Shown one piece after another: positions 61,716 to 64,000 of a stretch of 64,000 nt of DNA. The notes beneath the pieces are model-generated. The model was not told where the DNA came from, did no database searches, and saw nothing but the letters and a program-made list of their open reading frames with translations. Numbering within the stretch: the first letter of the stretch is position 1; the number at the start of each line of letters is the position of its first letter. The DNA lies in NCBI GenBank assembly GCA_032128375.1, contig JAQBGU010000095.1, positions 10,640-74,639 of the forward strand. The letters are read 5' to 3'. A program made the translations under genes and the position numbers. Origin of the DNA: Deltaproteobacteria bacterium. Lineage in GTDB: Bacteria; Myxococcota_A; UBA9160; SMWR01.

Positions 61716-62968
61716 GCGCGCTAACAGCCAATCAGCGCCCGTTGCCGAATACGCTGATCGGCATTTGCGCGGTCCTGATCGCCGTTGGTCTGGTGTCGTT
61801 CATCGCAGGCGTGATGACCGACCCGGACACGGCCTGGCGCGCGTATCACGTCAACTTCCTCTACTTCGCGACTCTCGCCCAGGGAGGGCTGTGTCTTTCC
61901 TGTGCGATCGTGATCATCGACGCAAAATGGCCCGGACCGGTGCGCCACGTCGCCGAAGGGATCGCGGCCTGGGTGCCGGTCAGCTTCGTGTTACTCGCGA
62001 TCGGTTGGCTGGGACGAGAACACATCCACCCGTGGATCCACAGTGCGCCACACGGTAAAGAGGGCTGGCTCACGATCGAGCGCGTCTACACCACCGACCT
62101 CGCCGTGCTCGGGGTACTGGCGGTCTTGACCACTCGTTACTTGAAGCTTTCCCTGCGTCCCGCGCTACACGGCGCAGCAGAAAAGGCCACACTGGCGAAG
62201 GGGAGGTTCGCACGCTGGTCGGCTAATTGGCAGGGCGATGACATCGAACAGGCCGAGTCTGCGCGGAAACTCCGCGTGCTCGCGCCGATTATCGCGCTGA
62301 TCTACGCATTCGGGTACACGTTGGTTGGGTACGACCAGGTCATGTCGCTGACTCCCACCTGGTACTCGACGATGTTCGGCTGGTATTTCACCTGGAGTGG
62401 ATTCCTGTCCGGGATCGCCATGACCACGTTGATTTGCGTGCTACTTCGCAATTCGCCGGGCTGGGAAGGGGTGATCACCCAAGATCGCCTCCACGACCTC
62501 GGCAAGATGTTGTTCGCGTTCTCGATTTTTTGGATGTACTTGTTTTTCTCGCAGTACATCGTGATTTGGTACGGCAACCTTCCGGAAGAGACGCAATTTT
62601 TCCAGCTGCGGCTAGGCTCTCAGTTTCTGCAGGACACGCGGTATTTCGTCGCCGAGCGTCTGTGGGAACCGTACGTACCGCTCTCATTAATGGCGTGGTT
62701 CGGCTGCTGGATCGTTCCGTTCTGGGTGCTGCTCGGGCAAGCGCCCAAGCGCAGCTGGTATATCATCGGCCCGGTTTCGGCGATCATGCTGGTCGGTTTC
62801 TGGCTCGAGCGAAACGCGCTGGTCTGGCCTTCGCTAGTGCCCAAGGAAAGCTTCTCATGGCTGGGTCCAATGCAGCTCGGCATCGCTGCCGGCTTCTTCG
62901 GCGCATTCGCGTTGGTCTTCCTGGTCTACAGTCGAATCTTCCCGACGCTCCCCGTTCCGCGACGCTGA
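61712..62968 (+). CDS. actF: Alternative complex III ActF
   Basis: D.VMSL.P.WYSTMFG, HDLGK.LFAF..FW.Y..FSQY..IWYGNLPEET. Confidence 0.9.
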   Translation: MSALTANQRPLPNTLIGICAVLIAVGLVSFIAGVMTDPDTAWRAYHVNFLYFATLAQGGLCLSCAIVIIDAKWPGPVRHVAEGIAAWVPVSFVLLAIGWLGREHIHPWIHSAPHGKEGWLTIERVYTTDLAVLGVLAVLTTRYLKLSLRPALHGAAEKATLAKGRFARWSANWQGDDIEQAESARKLRVLAPIIALIYAFGYTLVGYDQVMSLTPTWYSTMFGWYFTWSGFLSGIAMTTLICVLLRNSPGWEGVITQDRLHDLGKMLFAFSIFWMYLFFSQYIVIWYGNLPEETQFFQLRLGSQFLQDTRYFVAERLWEPYVPLSLMAWFGCWIVPFWVLLGQAPKRSWYIIGPVSAIMLVGFWLERNALVWPSLVPKESFSWLGPMQLGIAAGFFGAFALVFLVYSRIFPTLPVPRR

Positions 62969-63033
62969 TCGGGTTCCTGAGGTCGGGAAGAAGACGGATG
63001 GTTCCCGGCGTACGGGCCTCCAGGCTCTGAACG

Positions 63034-64000
63034 GTGGGCTTCAGTTTCGATTCCTTCGAGGGCTTGGGCGGCATCTTTCCCCTTCGCGGTGGTCACGAGC
63101 CGATCGTGCTCGACGATGCCGGCATCCTCCACCCTCGCAACCAGCGGGGACGCGCCACGATTCACACTGCGTACGCGGACCTGACGCATCTGGCGGCATC
63201 GTCCCGGATCTTGTGGCTCGGCACCCGTGACTCGGTCTACTTGATTCCGCGCGCGGGTTTCGTGAACCACGACGCCCCTGAAGTGCTCGTCAGTGCGCTG
63301 CTCGAGAGAATCGCCGGACAACCGGAAGCTCAGGCACAGCTCGCGCGAATCGATCAAATAGAACGCATCAGCCACGAAGCCAGGCCGATTGTGGTCACTT
63401 GGGCGCTGATTGGGATCTGTGTCGCGGTGTTCGTGCTGCAAATGTTGTTGGGTAACCGCGTCGACCTCGCCGCGGAGCTGATCCCAGAACTCGTGGAGGA
63501 CGGCGACCTGTGGAGAGTCATCACCGCCAACTTGCTCCACGCACCCGGCGCCATTGGAATCATCCATATCGCCGTCAATATGCTGGCGTTGCTGCCGCTG
63601 GGGGCGATGGTGGAGCGGCCGTTGGGAGCAGCGCGAACCATCTGCTTGGTCCTTTTCTCCGGAGTCGGATCCATGCTCGCCGCCACCTGGTTCGGAAATG
63701 GCCCCGTAGTGGGCGCATCGGGAATCGTCTTCGGCATGGCGGGTGCAGTCTTGTGGCTGGATTGGAAGCGCGCCGACGAGTTACCTGCGCAGTGGCGCTT
63801 TCCGCGCCGCAATCTGCTTGGGCTCGTGATGATCAACGGCGTGCTCGGGGCGATCCTGCCAATCGTCGCCTTCGCCGCGCACGCCGGCGGGTTGCTTGCC
63901 GGGGCGGTCGCAGCTGCGATCTTGACCGGTCCCTTTGCCACTCCGGCGCCGCTGAGAACGCGAATCGTCAGCGGTTTCGCGCTGGTGGTCACGTTCCTGG
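63034..64000 (+). CDS. Rhomboid family intramembrane serine protease, partial (runs off the window)
   Basis: Own translation: LWRVITANLLH, HIAVN, VGASG (Ser), AHAGG (His). Confidence 0.85.
   Translation, partial: MGFSFDSFEGLGGIFPLRGGHEPIVLDDAGILHPRNQRGRATIHTAYADLTHLAASSRILWLGTRDSVYLIPRAGFVNHDAPEVLVSALLERIAGQPEAQAQLARIDQIERISHEARPIVVTWALIGICVAVFVLQMLLGNRVDLAAELIPELVEDGDLWRVITANLLHAPGAIGIIHIAVNMLALLPLGAMVERPLGAARTICLVLFSGVGSMLAATWFGNGPVVGASGIVFGMAGAVLWLDWKRADELPAQWRFPRRNLLGLVMINGVLGAILPIVAFAAHAGGLLAGAVAAAILTGPFATPAPLRTRIVSGFALVVTFL

Noticed and set aside
62998..63033. In-frame TGA (63028-63030) just upstream of the rhomboid gene, a possible second Sec site
   Set aside because: Not in a redox motif, and a GTG start follows immediately

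Overview
GC-rich bacterial window of about 45 genes. The gene content (DUF1302/DUF1329, lipoproteins, alternative complex III, several actinobacteria-like catabolic enzymes) suggests a diderm deltaproteobacterium/Myxococcota-like organism; this is an inference, not a database result. Housekeeping genes: typA, clpP, dapL, xth, speA, hisS, a HIT protein, a two-component pair, two acyl-CoA dehydrogenases and an actABCDEF operon. Main observations: (1) a hidden selenoprotein candidate missed by the ORF track, a DsbA/HCCA-isomerase-fold gene with an in-frame TGA at the active-site position and a SECIS-like hairpin 12 nt downstream; (2) an exported lipoprotein with atypical-kinase motifs directly upstream of an ATP/ADP translocase-like transporter, a possible extracytoplasmic phosphorylation module; (3) two identical tRNA-Gln(TTG) genes bracketing a PAS-LuxR regulator and a divergent sigma70 factor; (4) a 1589-aa DUF1302-like beta-barrel with about 32 paired cysteines, convergent with a DUF1329 gene that has a C9 tract in its first codons; (5) an ActB that keeps an N-terminal 4-Cys Fe-S motif. 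No CRISPR array, rRNA, integrase or transposase was seen. All family calls come from motif recognition by eye, and several start codons were re-assigned by hand.
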